Assembly: GCA_020510985.1 (NCBI GenBank)
Contig: CM035846.1
Span: 202,651,081 to 202,715,080 of the forward strand
Direction: 5' to 3'
Origin: Pholidichthys leucotaenia
Taxonomy: Eukaryota
Length of the DNA: 64,000 nt
A program made the position numbers and the translations under genes. The notes under the pieces are model-generated. The model searched no databases. It saw only the letters and a program-made list of their open reading frames with translations, and had not been told where the DNA came from. Positions within the stretch are counted from its first letter, which is position 1; every line of letters begins with the position of its first letter. This document shows positions 47,975 through 61,582 of the stretch, piece after piece.

Positions 47975-49534
47975 GTTTAGGGGGCAATCACTTTTTCCAC
48001 ACAGGGCCATGTAGGTTTGGATTTTTTTTCCTTAATAATAAACACCTTCATTTAAAAACTGCATTTTGTGTTTACTTGTGTTATCTTTGTCTAATATTTA
48101 AATTTGCTTGATGATCTGAAGCATTTAAGTGTAACAAACATGCAAAAAATGAGAAATCAGGAAGGGGGCAAACACTTTTTCATACCACTGTATAATAATG
48201 ATGATAATAATAATAACAAGACTTATTAAATAATAAGACGCTGACAGATACGGACATGTTCCTCCAAGCGTTGGTTTTCAAATTTTGATCAAGCTATCCT
48301 TTGTCAGATCAAAGAGTACCGAGTTATTTGCTGCAGCAAAGTTCAGCCTCCACCGTCCGTCACCTACTGTTGTCATCTTCCTGTACTGGCATCCTATGTC
48401 CCACCCTTCCTTAATTCTGAATCGCTGCTTAGAAAGGCCTGCCATTGACAAGCGCAGCTGTACAGTAGTCTGACAAGAACTTTTTTCAGTCCTGAGCACC
48501 ACGACAAAAAGCGACTACCACTCAAAGCGTTTCAGCACTGAGGGCACTTAGCGCTGGACTACATAGAGAATAAATAGAAAATAGTCGCCCACAGCAGGAA
48601 AAATGAGTTTGATGGACACGCCCCTAATGCTTTTTCTGCAGTGTTTGGCTTCTGGGTTGCCGAGGTTCATGACCCTATGGCGTGACCACGCACATAACTC
48701 AGTGGACACATCTTAAAGGGGTAGTACATGGAAAGCGCCATATTGTGGAGGAACAAAATAAGTTCAGGCGAGACATGGCGAGCTGAAGGTTTGAGTTTTA
48801 TTCCTCCATCATCATGAGACGCACTGCAGCACTGTGTGCTGTGTGCCCTCATGAGGCATGTAAAGTCAGCTCTTTTATACATGATACAGACAGAGAATGC
48901 ATGGCACATTAGCATATCAATTGTCATCTAATACACATCGGTCAATACACATGATTAGCATGACATTGGTTGGCTCGAGGACGCATGCATACAGTCCCAT
49001 CTGACTGCTTCCTGTGGTTCCCTGTCCGCATGTAAATTGTCCTCTGCTTCTTCCAGCCCTGCTGCTGGGTGTGAAGAAAGCTCCAGAAGAAAATCCCAGA
49101 GGAATGTCTCACTGCTGTGTTTAGTGTCACCACAATATTAATATGTAAAAATAATATTCAAAAAATTTCTGCATCCACGTCGTGATCCAAATCACCACCA
49201 AAATCTAATAATCTGTTCCTCGTGCCATTACACACCTTTGCTGAAAATTTCATCTAAATATGTTCATAACTTTTTGAGTTATGTTGCTAGCAGACAAACC
49301 AACCAACCAATGCCACTAAAAACATTACCTCTGTCCTTCTTTGGCAGAGGTAAAAAGATGTTTTAAAATGAAGTTGGTAAAACCTGCACATGTCTTAATT
49401 CAAATTACGTGCACATACAGTATGCTGATCTCATTGTCTGAAGCTTTTGCCATATTTATCCACCATTGGTATACACACAACATGGAATAAGGATACTTGC
49501 TTTTCTTCAAATTTTTTTTTTTTTTTTTTTTCAG

Positions 49535-49692
49535 ATATCCTGGTGACGCGAAGGCCTTCATCCATAGTGGAATAAAAGGAGAGTGGGACAGGGAGAGGGC
49601 AGGGCAGCGAATGAAACTCAAAGAGCCACAGACGTGGGAGCGGCTGCTCAGTCAGGAGGGCAACAAGGCTGCTACCTGGGAGAAGCTCATAG
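49535..49692 (+). CDS. tep1: tep1 exon 9 (..YPGDAKAFIHSGIKGEWDRERAGQRMKLKEPQTWERLLSQEGNKAATWEKLI..)
   Basis: The acceptor follows a 20-nt poly-T tract. Matches the recalled ...SRAGKRMKLSRPETWERELSLRGNKASVWEELIENG. Confidence 0.7.
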
Positions 49693-50239
49693 GTCTGCGA
49701 AAGACACTCCAGCTGTTTAACGCATATACAGACTTACTTGTCACAGCAGTTTAATCTCTGAATCACTCTTTTCAAACATGACATCAGTTTATCTTCTTCA
49801 TTGGAAATCTTAGCTGTAACCTTCTCCAAAACAACTCGCTGGTTCTCCTGTGTTTGACTCAACTGTAGAGCTCTTCCTGTAAAAACAGTTCCCCCACCAC
49901 TGTCAATTTCAAGCAATTTTTTTTTTCAATATATTTTTATTAAAATCAGTTTCAAAAATTACAGAGAAGTTTGCATAATACTTCTTGAAACAAGAAATAA
50001 AGATACACTTATTAAGCACATATACATAGGATCTAATAGTGCATCAACAAGTACTTCACACTTAAGCACCAGATATTATTTTTTTTTTAATATCCCCTAG
50101 AACAACCCCCCCACCCCAGCTCACAAAATCAGTAGAGGAAGTACCTCAACAGGTGTATAATATGAAACAAATACACATAATAAAGTAGGAAAAAAAATTA
50201 CAAAAATATATGTATATAACAAGGCACATGCTGACATAA

Positions 50240-52321
50240 TTAGATGGGTAAGACTTTTAGATTAGAAAAGTGAGATATAAAACATTGCCATTTCTGGTAA
50301 AACCTTTCTTTGCATCCTCTTATCGTATATTTTATTTTCTCAAGTTTTAGAAAAAACATCATATCCTTGAGCCATAGGGAAATTGAGGGATATCTGACAG
50401 ATTTCCAATGCAGCAATAAAGTACGCCTTGCTATTAAGGATGTAAAGGCCACAATATCCCTTTGTGCCGAATTCAGAACTACAGAGTCGTCGGGAATCCC
50501 AAATATGGCAATAAATGGAGAAGGCAGCAGAGTCACTTGAAGAACCGTGGAGATAATTGTAAAGTAACTAGACCAAAAACTGTATAATTCCGGACAAAGA
50601 AAAAACATGTGGCCAAGGTGACAGGGAGATCCCTTACATTTATCACAACTACCATCAACTTCTGGGTAAATCTCAGTGAATCTCGATTTTGAGAAATGGA
50701 CTCTATATAGTACCTTAAACTGAATCAAGCTAAGACGAGCACATGAGGAAGACGTTCTAATTCTGTTAATGGCATCCTCCCAAAGCTCTTCAGTCATCTG
50801 TATACCCAATTCTTTCTCCCACAAATTTTTTATTTTGACACTTGATTCATCGTTTAATATTAAAATGGAATTATAAAGCTTAGATATCAGCCCTTTATGT
50901 TGTGGACCATGTGAAACTATACTTTCCCAGGGCTGCTCAGGAGGGATAGAAGGAAAGTTAGAGAAACACTTAGAAACAAAATTACAAATTTGAAAATAAC
51001 GAAACAAATGGGTGCCGGGTAAGTTGTAATTGGAAGATAAATTGGTAAAACTATCAAAAAGCCCGGATGTATATAAATTCCTTATATGTTCAATACCCCT
51101 GTCATGCCAATCGGAGAATGACGAATCTGAGAGAGATGGGGGAAACAAATGATTTTTAGTTAAAGGACACAAAGAGGACACAGCTACAAAACCAAAGCGC
51201 CGCCTAAACTGAAACCAGATTTTTAATGTGCTGAGAACCACTTGACTGTCCGTATACAAAGAGGGTTTTGTAGGCAAAGAGGAAAAAATTAATGCAGGTA
51301 TTGACGACCCACAACAGGATGATAATTCCATTCTACACCATGGGGAGCGAAAAGACTTTAACCAATAGCAGATTTTATGTATATGTGCCGCCCAATAATA
51401 TGATTGAAAATCAGGTAATGCAAGTCCCCCGCTAAGTCTACATCTTTGCAATAATTTTTTATGAACTCTAGGCGGTTTACCATTCCAGATAAAGCCACAA
51501 ATTATCTTATCCAGAGAATCAAAAAAGTTTTTAGGCAGAAAAAGAGGAATTGATTGAAATAAAAGAAATTTTGGTAAGATATTCATCTTGACAACATTGA
51601 TCCTACCCAAGAGTGAAAAAGGGAGATTTTGCCAATGCTGGACGTCAGAGGTTATTTCGGCAATAAGGGGAGAAAAATTGGCTGAAGCTAGGCTAGAGAA
51701 AGAGCGTGTCACATTTATACCAAGATACTTGAATCCTGTGTGACTAAGTTTGAAGGGTATGTCAGACTGCTGAAGATCACAGGCAGTCGTATTGGTGGGA
51801 AAGCATTCACTTTTTTCCAAATTCAATTTATAACCGGAAAAGGAAATGAAATTATTTAAGATACTCAAGATATTGGGGATAGAACTAACTGGATTTGACA
51901 CATATAACAACAAATCATCCGCATATAACGACAACTTGTGTTCAGTTCCATTTCGGAAAATCCCTCTAAATAAATTGGAAGACCGCAACGCAATGGACAG
52001 AGGCTCAATGGCAATCGTGAAAAGCAAGGGTGATAATGGACAGCCTTGCCGTGTGCCACGTCCAAGAGGAAAATAATCAGAAAACATATCGTTAGTTTGA
52101 ACCCTTGCCTTCGGGGATGTATAGAGGAGACGAATCCAAGAAATAAATTTCTCGTTGAATCCAAATTTCCTCCAAACCGCAAACAAATATTCCCACTCTA
52201 CCCTGTCGAACGCTTTTTCAGCGTCTAGCGATATGACTGTTTCTGGTGAATCAGATGACTGCTTTGCATAAATTATATTGAAGAGTACGTATATTAAAAA
52301 ATAATTGTCGTCCCTTAACAA
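50240..52321 (-). CDS. L1 ORF2 RT plus C-terminal domain, 693-aa ORF
   Basis: RT motifs and ...CDKCKGSPCHLGHMFFLCP... Confidence 0.8.
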   Translation of the reverse strand: MLRDDNYFLIYVLFNIIYAKQSSDSPETVISLDAEKAFDRVEWEYLFAVWRKFGFNEKFISWIRLLYTSPKARVQTNDMFSDYFPLGRGTRQGCPLSPLLFTIAIEPLSIALRSSNLFRGIFRNGTEHKLSLYADDLLLYVSNPVSSIPNILSILNNFISFSGYKLNLEKSECFPTNTTACDLQQSDIPFKLSHTGFKYLGINVTRSFSSLASANFSPLIAEITSDVQHWQNLPFSLLGRINVVKMNILPKFLLFQSIPLFLPKNFFDSLDKIICGFIWNGKPPRVHKKLLQRCRLSGGLALPDFQSYYWAAHIHKICYWLKSFRSPWCRMELSSCCGSSIPALIFSSLPTKPSLYTDSQVVLSTLKIWFQFRRRFGFVAVSSLCPLTKNHLFPPSLSDSSFSDWHDRGIEHIRNLYTSGLFDSFTNLSSNYNLPGTHLFRYFQICNFVSKCFSNFPSIPPEQPWESIVSHGPQHKGLISKLYNSILILNDESSVKIKNLWEKELGIQMTEELWEDAINRIRTSSSCARLSLIQFKVLYRVHFSKSRFTEIYPEVDGSCDKCKGSPCHLGHMFFLCPELYSFWSSYFTIISTVLQVTLLPSPFIAIFGIPDDSVVLNSAQRDIVAFTSLIARRTLLLHWKSVRYPSISLWLKDMMFFLKLEKIKYTIRGCKERFYQKWQCFISHFSNLKVLPI

Positions 52322-52984
52322 AACCGTTCTGTTCTTCAGATATAATCAAAGGGAGAACCTTCTCCAAACGGGAAGAAATTACTTTGGCTAACACTTTCAT
52401 GTCAGCATTAAGCAATGATAGTGGTCTATAAGAGCTACATAGAGTTGGGTCTTTGTCCTTTTTATGAAGTAAAACAATCGAAGCTTGTGTTAGTTGGAGG
52501 AAGGATACCTCGTTCTAATGATTCATTAAATGTAGCTAAAAGTAATGGTGCTAATTTTTCTATAAACTTTTTATAAAATTCGATGGGAAACCCATCAGGG
52601 CCAGGTGCTTTGTTTGATTGCATTGCTTTAATTGAATTAATTATTTCGACAAGGCAGAGTGGGGAATCCAGGCTTTTTGCTGTATCCAAGTCAATTACAG
52701 GATTCGAGAGGTCATGAAGAAATATGTTCATGTTATATGAATCTGTTGGGAACTCCGACGTATATAGAGAAGAATAAAATGTTTTAAATGTGGCATTGAC
52801 TTCATTAGGATCCATCGTGATAATATGTTGGATATTCTGAATACTACTTATAATCCAAGAGTTTACTTGACTCCGTAGCTGATGTGCCAATAGACGGCTT
52901 GCTTTGTCACCATATTCATAATGAGTTCCACGACTTTGTAATAATAGCCGTTCAGCTTCATGGGTTGAAATTAAGCAATTAATG

Positions 52985-53160
52985 GCAATATAAGCTGCGG
53001 CTTCAGCCATCACCCATTTCGGATAACTTTTGTTGAACTGTATAATCAGAGGAGTTATTGCCTAATTTGACCTTGTTGGATTTTATTTCCCCCTTTTGCT
53101 ATACTATTCAGTTCCTTTTAACCTGTACTATCCGAAATAAAGATTCATTCATTCATTCAA
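52985..53160 (+). mobile_element. Severely 5'-truncated CR1/L2 LINE 3' end (176 bp) inserted inside L1 ORF2
   Basis: Near-identical to the LINE #2 3' end at 18915..19110 (gcaatataagctgcggcttcagccatcacccatttcgg...ccgaaataaagattcattcattcattc). Confidence 0.6.
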
Positions 53161-53637
53161 ATTAGATCAAGTTCTGATTGTACCTCCATGCGCTGTTTAA
53201 ATAATTCTGGTGTAGGATTTAAGGCATATCTTTGATCAATATTACTGATAGCTAAAGTGAGTTCAGTAAACTTAGCGTGACGTCTCTTATTAGAAAGTGC
53301 AGAGTAGTAAATGATTTGTCCTCTAAGGTAGGATTTAAGTGTCTCCCATAGTAGTGAATATGAAATAGAATCATTTTTATTAAACAACAAAAACTCATCA
53401 ATTGAATTGAAAATAAAATCACAAAACTCTTTATCTGCTAAAAGAAGAGAATTAAACCTCCATGAAGGAAGACTACATTTATAGGCACCCAACTGAATAT
53501 CTAATAGTAATGGTGCATGATCAGATATTATTATACTTAAATAATCAGAGGAAACTACACAGGAATTTGGAGTACAGCCAATAAAAAAGTAATCAATCCT
53601 GGAGTAAGAATGATGCACCTTAGAAAAGGAGAATTTT

Positions 53638-54237
53638 TTACTGGTTGGATTGCGGAATCTCCAAGGATCGACAAAGCCATTCTGTCATGAAATCAGAAAA
53701 TGTTTGAGACATTAAAGACTTATTTAGATTACGGGGATTAGATCGATCTAGTGATGGATCAAAGACACAATTTAGGTCGCCCCCTAAGATTAACAAATGT
53801 GAATTAAAAAATGGTAAGCTACTTAATAATTTATTTGCAAATTCAACATCGTCAATGTTTGGGGCATATACATTGACTAACAGAACCTTTTTCTGCATCA
53901 AAGTACTGGCAACTATCACATATCTGCCGTTTTTATCAGCTATAATATTAGTAGCTGAGAATTGTACATTTTTATTTATAAGAATAGCAACCCCCCTTGA
54001 TTTAGAGTTGAACTCTGAATGAAAAACTTGGCTCACCCATGAGCAGTGCAACCGATGATGATCTTTTATCTGAAGATGGGTCTCCTGCAGGAACACTATT
54101 GAGGATTTTAATTGTTTTAAGTGATTAAAAACTTTTGATCTTTTGACAGGATGACCCATGCCCTTAATATTCCAGCTAATGAATCGCAAAGATGCGCCTA
54201 GCAAAGCTGTACCATGACCTATAATGGTACTAGCCAT
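53638..54237 (-). CDS. L1 ORF2 APE endonuclease N-terminal ORF, 199 aa
   Basis: ISWNIKGMGHPVKRSKVFNHLKQLKSSIVFLQETH. Confidence 0.75.
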   Translation of the reverse strand: MASTIIGHGTALLGASLRFISWNIKGMGHPVKRSKVFNHLKQLKSSIVFLQETHLQIKDHHRLHCSWVSQVFHSEFNSKSRGVAILINKNVQFSATNIIADKNGRYVIVASTLMQKKVLLVNVYAPNIDDVEFANKLLSSLPFFNSHLLILGGDLNCVFDPSLDRSNPRNLNKSLMSQTFSDFMTEWLCRSLEIPQSNQ

Positions 54238-54707
54238 TTACATGTAGAAAAAACAACACAAGAACTATTGCCGTGAGCTGAGGTAAAACACCACCCACCC
54301 AAGAAAACCCCAAAACAAATACACCCAAAGTCTCCGTGTAACAAAAAAAAAAAAAACAAACACCCAAAAACCAATGGAGACAGCAGTGTCACACACAAAG
54401 CAAAAAAGTTGTTCTCAGTAAAATAGGAACAACTCGGAGGCAAAGTACCAGTGGAAAACATGACTCCTGCCAACTTCCAGAAATTGAATTATAATATGTG
54501 CAATGATTAAGTTACATAGTATTTTATACCAGTATTATAATCTAAACAATAAAGTAAGAAAAAGTAATGATAATGTTAAACTCAACAATTCACTAAGAGA
54601 TTCTAATGATCACTCTCAAAATAAAGCAAATAAGCACAGATGTCCAGGTAATAGCAACAAGTCTAGAGTCCGTACAGATATAAAGATTGTAATGAAAGGT
54701 TCACAGC

Positions 54708-55685
54708 TCACCCAGAAATCAGAATCTTGACGTATTCCTTCGCGTCATCCGGCGAAGTAAACTTCTTTTCAGTCCCCTGGTAAGTAATGCGTAGCTGCGC
54801 CAGATGGAAAAGTCCGTATTTGACTCCCTCGATGCCACGGAGTAGCTGCTTGACCTCGTTGAATGCAGCTCGAGCCCGTGCTATCTTGGCAGTGTAGTCC
54901 GGAAAGACCGACAAAGTCATACTGCCGACTTTAATCCGCTGGAGCTCTCGTGCACGCCGTAATATATCAACACAGTCACTGTGGTAGTGAAGCCTGCACA
55001 CAATGGCTCGTGGTCGGTCACCCGGTTTAGGCTGAAGAGTGCGATGAGACCGATCCACTAGCGGTTCCTTATCCAAAGAAAAAGCATCTTTCAGCAATGC
55101 AGCCACAGCTGTAGGAGAGAAAGAGCCAGGGCCCTCTTAAATGCCAATGATCCTTATGTTATTGCGTCGTGATCTTGATTCTAGGTCTTCACATTTGTCT
55201 TCCAGCATAGCAACCTTGGCAGTGAGGTGCTCAACGCTTGTTTTCATGTCAGCCATGTCATCCGTATAACCTGTGAGCGTTTCTTCCATGTCCCCCATAG
55301 TACCTGTTAGCTTAGCCAACTTAGCATCGATAGCAGCATTGTCACTCGCTAACTGTGATTTCACGGACTGCAGCTCAAGCTTAAGAGGTGCCAAAGCGTC
55401 TCCGATAATCTCTTGTAGCTCCTTCTTAATAATACCAGCAATGTCTTCTTTTAGGGAGGAAAGAAACTCAAATTTCAAGGCTTCAGCGTTCAAAACAGGG
55501 GCTGGTTCGACATCTTGAGCTAGCGGCTCGGAAGTCGGGGCCTGTGAGTAAGGCCTCAGGTGCGTCTGAATAGTGCGGGTTTTTCCTCTCCCCGACATTG
55601 CAAAACAATTCAAAAGTATCTCTTGAGGTACACAGCGAAAAGAAAAAACACTGGGTTTTTGGAAAACTGCACAACTGAATAACAA
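54708..55685 (-). CDS. L1 ORF1p in two frames (55137..55685 coiled-coil N-terminal part; 54708..55106 C-terminal domain), separated by one frameshift
   Basis: ...LEDKCEDLESRSRRNNIRIIGI... and ...RAIVCRLHYHSDCVDILR...VFPDYTAKIARARAAF... Confidence 0.65.
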
Positions 55686-55810
55686 TATTATACGAAGTTG
55701 GCAGGAGCCACCAAATCTGCGTCCTACTCCATTGACCGCTCAACAGCGCCCCCAATTTCAAGCAATTTTGAGAACCTTGAGGTGACAGGTTTTGGAAGCT
55801 TTGTTAATAT

Positions 55811-56181
55811 GGCAGCAGTGGTGCAGTGGTTAGCACTGTGGCAGCACAGCAAGAAGGTCATGGGTTTGATCCCTCCCCTGACCATAGGTAACTCTTCTGT
55901 GTGTGGAGTTTGTATGTCCTCCCTGTCTGCGTGGGTTTTCTCCACTTTCCTCCCAAAGGCCAAAGACATGCACGTTAGGTCAACTGGCATCAACTGGGGA
56001 TTCTAAATTGTCCTTAGGTATGAATGTGAAAGTGAAAGATTGTCATTCTCTCTGTTGGCCCTGCGATGGACTGGCGATCTGTCCAGGGTGTACCCTGCCT
56101 CTCGCCCAAAGATGCTGGGATGGGCTGTAGCTCCACCACGACCTGAAAAGATAGATGGTGTTCATATAAATACAAAAAAAC
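55811..56181 (+). mobile_element. tRNA-derived SINE, plus orientation (head GGCAGCAGTGGTGCAGTGGTTAGCAC)
   Basis: A and B boxes, then the conserved core and the tail ...gatgctgggatgggctgtagctcc... Confidence 0.7.
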
Positions 56182-56349
56182 GCTAGCATTACCTTTTTAA
56201 AGATGGTTAATCAAATCCAACTCAACATAGTAAACAATGCTTGCATACATTCCAATCACATGTATACATATACAGCACAGCTACAGGCATTCAAAGACAA
56301 ATGCATCCATAATCACACATGACGCTGATGGATTATGTCTCAACTGCAG

Positions 56350-56459
56350 ACACCAAATCTCTTCCGTTCATGGCCATGCTGCGGAACCTGAGAAACATGA
56401 TTACAGCAGGCATCAGTGAGGTCCATCACAATAAGATCCTCAAAAGGCTGACCAATGAG
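56350..56459 (+). CDS. tep1: tep1 exon 10 (..TKSLPFMAMLRNLRNMITAGISEVHHNKILKRLTNE)
   Basis: Acceptor tctcaactgcag. Donor GAG|gtgaga. Matches the recalled KLPFMAMLRNLCNLLRVGISSRHHELILQRLQHA. Confidence 0.75.
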
Positions 56460-56540
56460 GTGAGATGCACTGTATCAAAGCATATGCATTATTTTAGATT
56501 TTAAAATGCACAGTATGTAAAAGTAGAAGTGAAGTAAATA

Positions 56541-57939
56541 CAGCGGAGAAAATAAGTATTGAACACGTCAACATTTTTCTCATTAAACATATTTCTGATG
56601 GAGCCAATTGACCTGAGATTTTCACCAGATATCAGTAACAATCCCAAGTAATCCATACATGCAAAGAAATCAAGGCAACTGTGTTCACAAAATAAGTTGT
56701 ATTTAATAAAGTGGAATCACACAGGGAATAAATATTGACCACGCTTGGTGAAATTCATTTAATATTTAGTAGAAAAGTCTTTGTTGGTAATAACAGCTTC
56801 CAGATGCCTCCTGTATGGAGAAACTAGGAGCAGGCATTGCTCAGGAGTGATTTCAGCCCATTCTTCCACAAAGACTGTCAAATCTTGAAGGTTCTGTTGG
56901 TGTCTTCTATGAACTCTGATCTTCAGTTTACTTCATAGATTTTCAATTGGATTCAGGTCAGATGACTGGGCCATTCTAGTAGCTTTATTTTCCTTCTCTG
57001 GAGCCACTTGAGAGTTTCCTTGGCTGTGTGTTTGGGATCATTGTCTTGCTGAAATGTCCACCCTCGTTTCATCTTCAGCATCTTGGCAGATGGCGACAGG
57101 TTCTTATCAAGGATGTCTCCGTAATCTGTCCATTCATCTTTCCTTCAGTTTTATGAATTCTGCCTGTACCATGTGCTTAAAAACACCCCCACACCATGAT
57201 GGGATGTGCAGTGCCATTTCTCCTCCAAACATGCTGTGTGTTGTGGCATCCAAAAAGTTCAATTTTGGTCTCATCTGATCAGACTGTATTCTCCCAGTCT
57301 TTTACTGTCTTGTTCAAATGCTGTGCGGCAAACTTTAAACGAGCTTCAACATGCTTTTTCTTCAGCAATGGAGTCTTGCGAGGTGAGCGGGCATAGAGCC
57401 CATGTCAGCTGAGTGCATTACTTACTGTTTTCTTTGAAACAGCAGTACCTGCTAACTCCAGGTCTTTCTGGCGCTCTCTACAAGTGGGCTTTGGCTGTTG
57501 GATAACTCTTCTGTCAGAAAGCTTGCGTGGAGCCCCTGGTCATGGCTGGTTTATGGTAAAATGTTTTTTCCGCTAACGAATGATGGCTCCAACAGTACTC
57601 ACTGGAACATTCAGCAGTCTAGAAATACACCTGTAACCAATGCCATCATTATATTTTGCAACAATAAGGTTGCGAAGGTCTAGAGAGCTTTTTGCTTCTA
57701 CCCATCAAGAGTTCTTTGTGGTGTGACAATCTGATATTCACAGACCTTTTTAAAGGCTATCAATCAGGACTTAACCAGATGAAATTAATTTGCACTGATG
57801 GGGAATGGGATGGCTTCCTAAATTCTGATGGATTTCAGCTGGTTTCTCAGCTTTGGTGAAAAACTCAGGTCAGTGGCTCCATCGGAAATATGTTTAATGA
57901 GAAAAATGTTGATGTGTTCAATACTTATTTTCTCCGCTG
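56541..57939 (-). mobile_element. Tc1-like transposon E (1.4 kb; termini CAGCGGAGAAAATAAGTATTGAACAC; TA flanks at 56539..56540 and 57940..57941) with a degraded transposase
   Basis: Inverted termini. The reverse-complement translation reads ...[23 protein letters not shown]... Confidence 0.75.
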
Positions 57940-58025
57940 TACATTGATCTAGAAATATTTTTGTTTAACTGAGTTGTCCCCGTGTTTCAGTCTGACATGA
58001 TTCCTGTGTCTGTGTGTGGTTGCAG

Positions 58026-58104
58026 AAAGCTGTTATTCAGAGCCGGCAGTTTCCTTTCAGGTTCCTCGCTGCTTACAAAGTCATCATGGGGCTCCATGAG
58101 TTGG
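58026..58104 (+). CDS. tep1: tep1 exon 11 (KAVIQSRQFPFRFLAAYKVIMGLHEL.)
   Basis: Acceptor tgtgtggttgcag. Donor G|gtgaga. Matches the recalled KSVIHSRQFPFRFLNAHDAIDAL. Confidence 0.7.
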
Positions 58105-58470
58105 GTGAGATACTTCTCCTTTTATTTACTTGTGAAGTTGGCATGTGGTATTGATGGAGAAAGTGCACAGATCCTTTACTGTAGTACAGATACCACAGTA
58201 AATGCCTATATCTGTGCCCTGTGGTGGAAGTGTTTAAAAGAAAATGGAACTTAACCTGCAGGAAAAAATAACAGCAAATTGATTCACTATTGTCTGCAGA
58301 AAAACTATGAAAACTAGAGGATGTTTTTATAGAAATACTACATGTCCCATATAGCTTATAGTCTTGTTTCTCTATAGTTTGTGACTAGCTTCTGTTTTAT
58401 CTTTGATATTCTGCATGCAAAGGTTGTTATTGTAAAGCTGAGACATGGAGCATTGCAACACAGTTTAATA

Positions 58471-60090
<1,620 letters not shown>

Positions 60091-60481
60091 TAACTAGCTG
60101 ATTTCTCAGATAAAAATTATGCCCTCATCAAAACGATTAACTGTATCCTTATCTAACTTGGTGTGAGTTTCTCCTGATACATGTGAGAGTTGCAGTGGCA
60201 GACTGTGTATTTTACAACTAGGCCCTCCTGATCTACTCAATTTTAAGTGCCATTCATACCAAGCACCATAAAAGTAGCCTATAGGGCTGTCCACACAAAG
60301 CATGTTAAAAATAACTATAAAATTAAGATAAGATAAGATAAGCCTTTATTAGTCCCACAACGGGGAAATTCCAGGATTGCAACAGCACAGGGATAGCAAC
60401 ACTCAGAGCAACAATCAGAAGGCAAGAAAAAAAACAAGCAAGCAAGAGCAGCTAATATACATATGTACATATTACTATAAA

Positions 60482-60512
<31 letters not shown>

Positions 60513-60516
60513 GACA

Positions 60517-60815
60517 CACAGTGCAGAGCATTGTAGCTGGATGGAATAAATATATGAATATATGAACACAGTGCAGAGCATTGTAGCTAGATGGAATAAA
60601 TATGTAAATATATAAACACCCACAGTACGGAACATTGCAGCTAGGTGGAATAAATATGCAAGTATATAAACACACACAGTGCGGAGCAATGTAGCTAGAT
60701 GGAATAAATATATAGATATATAAATATAAACACACCCAGTGCAGAGCATTGTAGCTAGATGGAATAAATATGTAAATATATAAACACACACAGTGCAGAG
60801 CATTGTTGCTAGGTG
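60517..60815. repeat. 58-bp minisatellite of about 5 units (acacagtgcagagcattgtagctagatggaataaatatgtaaatatataaac), preceded by (CA)n at 60494..60522
   Basis: Read directly. Confidence 0.7.
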
Positions 60816-60998
60816 GGATGAAACAGCATAACCGTCTATTTAGTTATCCTACATGGTATGATTATGTGCCCATACATATTCTCACCCTCCATAGCGACCG
60901 GTATGTTCCTAGTTGTATGCCGGAGAGGACCATTGTGTAAGTCTATTGCATCTTTTGCATTCAAAAAAAAAAACAAAAAAAAAAAAACTATTAGTTTG

Positions 60999-61349
60999 TT
61001 ACGTCTTTTTGCTATCTCTGCGAGCAGCCCTGCTTAGGTTGTACAGTCTGACAGCCGTTGGTAGGAAGGACCTACGAAACCTCTCGGTTGTGCACCTGGG
61101 ATGATGTAGTCTGCTGCTAAATGAGCTCCTCAGTGCATCCAGTATGTCCTGCATAGGGTGGAACTCGGACTCCAGCAGAGATGACAGTTTAGCCACCGTC
61201 CTTCTCTCTCCTATCTCCTCCATCGGATCAAGGCGTTGCCCCAGGACAGAGCTAGCTTTCTTAATCAGTTTGTTCAGTCTCTTCCTATCGGCTGCAGTAA
61301 TGCCACTGCCCCAGCAGACCACTCCAAAAGTGATGGCTGATGCCACCAC
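60999..61349 (-). CDS. LINE C-terminal ORF fragment, 116 aa
   Basis: ...ITFGVVCWGSGITAADRKRLNKLIKKAS... Confidence 0.5.
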   Translation of the reverse strand: MVASAITFGVVCWGSGITAADRKRLNKLIKKASSVLGQRLDPMEEIGERRTVAKLSSLLESEFHPMQDILDALRSSFSSRLHHPRCTTERFRRSFLPTAVRLYNLSRAARRDSKKT

Positions 61350-61482
61350 CGTGTCATAGAATGACTTCAGCAGCGCCCCTTGTACACCAAAAGACCTGAG
61401 TCTTATATTATAGTTTTAAAAAATATTTACCTCTTTGTTATGGAGCTCCATTTCCCTCTGCACTCATTTGTTGCAGTTGCAG

Positions 61483-61524
61483 ATCCACTCTTGTTTCCCC
61501 AAAGGTTTAAAAGTACTGTTGCTT
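61483..61524 (+). CDS. tep1: tep1 exon 12 candidate, 42 nt (DPLLFPQRFKSTVA), with a tandem acceptor ttgcag|ttgcag
   Basis: In phase. Strong polypyrimidine acceptor and donor T|gtaagt. It lies between TEs. The similarity to ...ALPFPSNITLMRR... is weak. Confidence 0.25.
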
Positions 61525-61582
61525 GTAAGTGTCCGGCTGGTAGCTGTGCTTTGATGTTACGCTGCTGCCTTGGTTAAGGCCC

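Larger units (their letters stand above)
46190..48192 (+). mobile_element. Tc1-like transposon B' (same family as B; the left terminus lacks CA) with a nested SINE
   Basis: Termini gtggtgtgaaagtg... and ...cataccactg then TA. Transposase fragments 46960..47974. Confidence 0.8.
49921..55752 (-). mobile_element. Full-length L1-clade LINE (5.8 kb) with ORF1, ORF2 (APE, RT, C-terminal Cys motif) and a poly(A) tail. The 17-bp TSD CAATTTCAAGCAATTTT lies at 49904..49920 and 55753..55769.
   Basis: ORF1 has a coiled-coil and a Transposase_22-like C-terminus (NNIRIIGI..., ...FPDYT...). APE has SWNIKGM...LQETH. RT has FRNGTEHKLSLYADDLLLYV. It lies in tep1 intron 9, antisense to the gene. Confidence 0.8.
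60337..61400 (-). mobile_element. L2-like LINE 3' portion with the C-terminal ORF region, a 3' UTR holding a 58-bp minisatellite, and an (ATCTT)n tail
   Basis: ORF ...ALLKSFYDTVVASAITFGVVCWGSGITAADRKRLNKLIKKASSVLG... (compare 31580..31900). The tail reads ...aagataagataagataagccttt. Confidence 0.6.

Noticed and set aside
52462-53013. N-terminal 12 aa (MMAEAAAYIAIN) of the L1 ORF piece
   Set aside because: The Met start comes from the antisense strand of the nested CR1/L2 3' fragment. It is not part of L1 ORF2.
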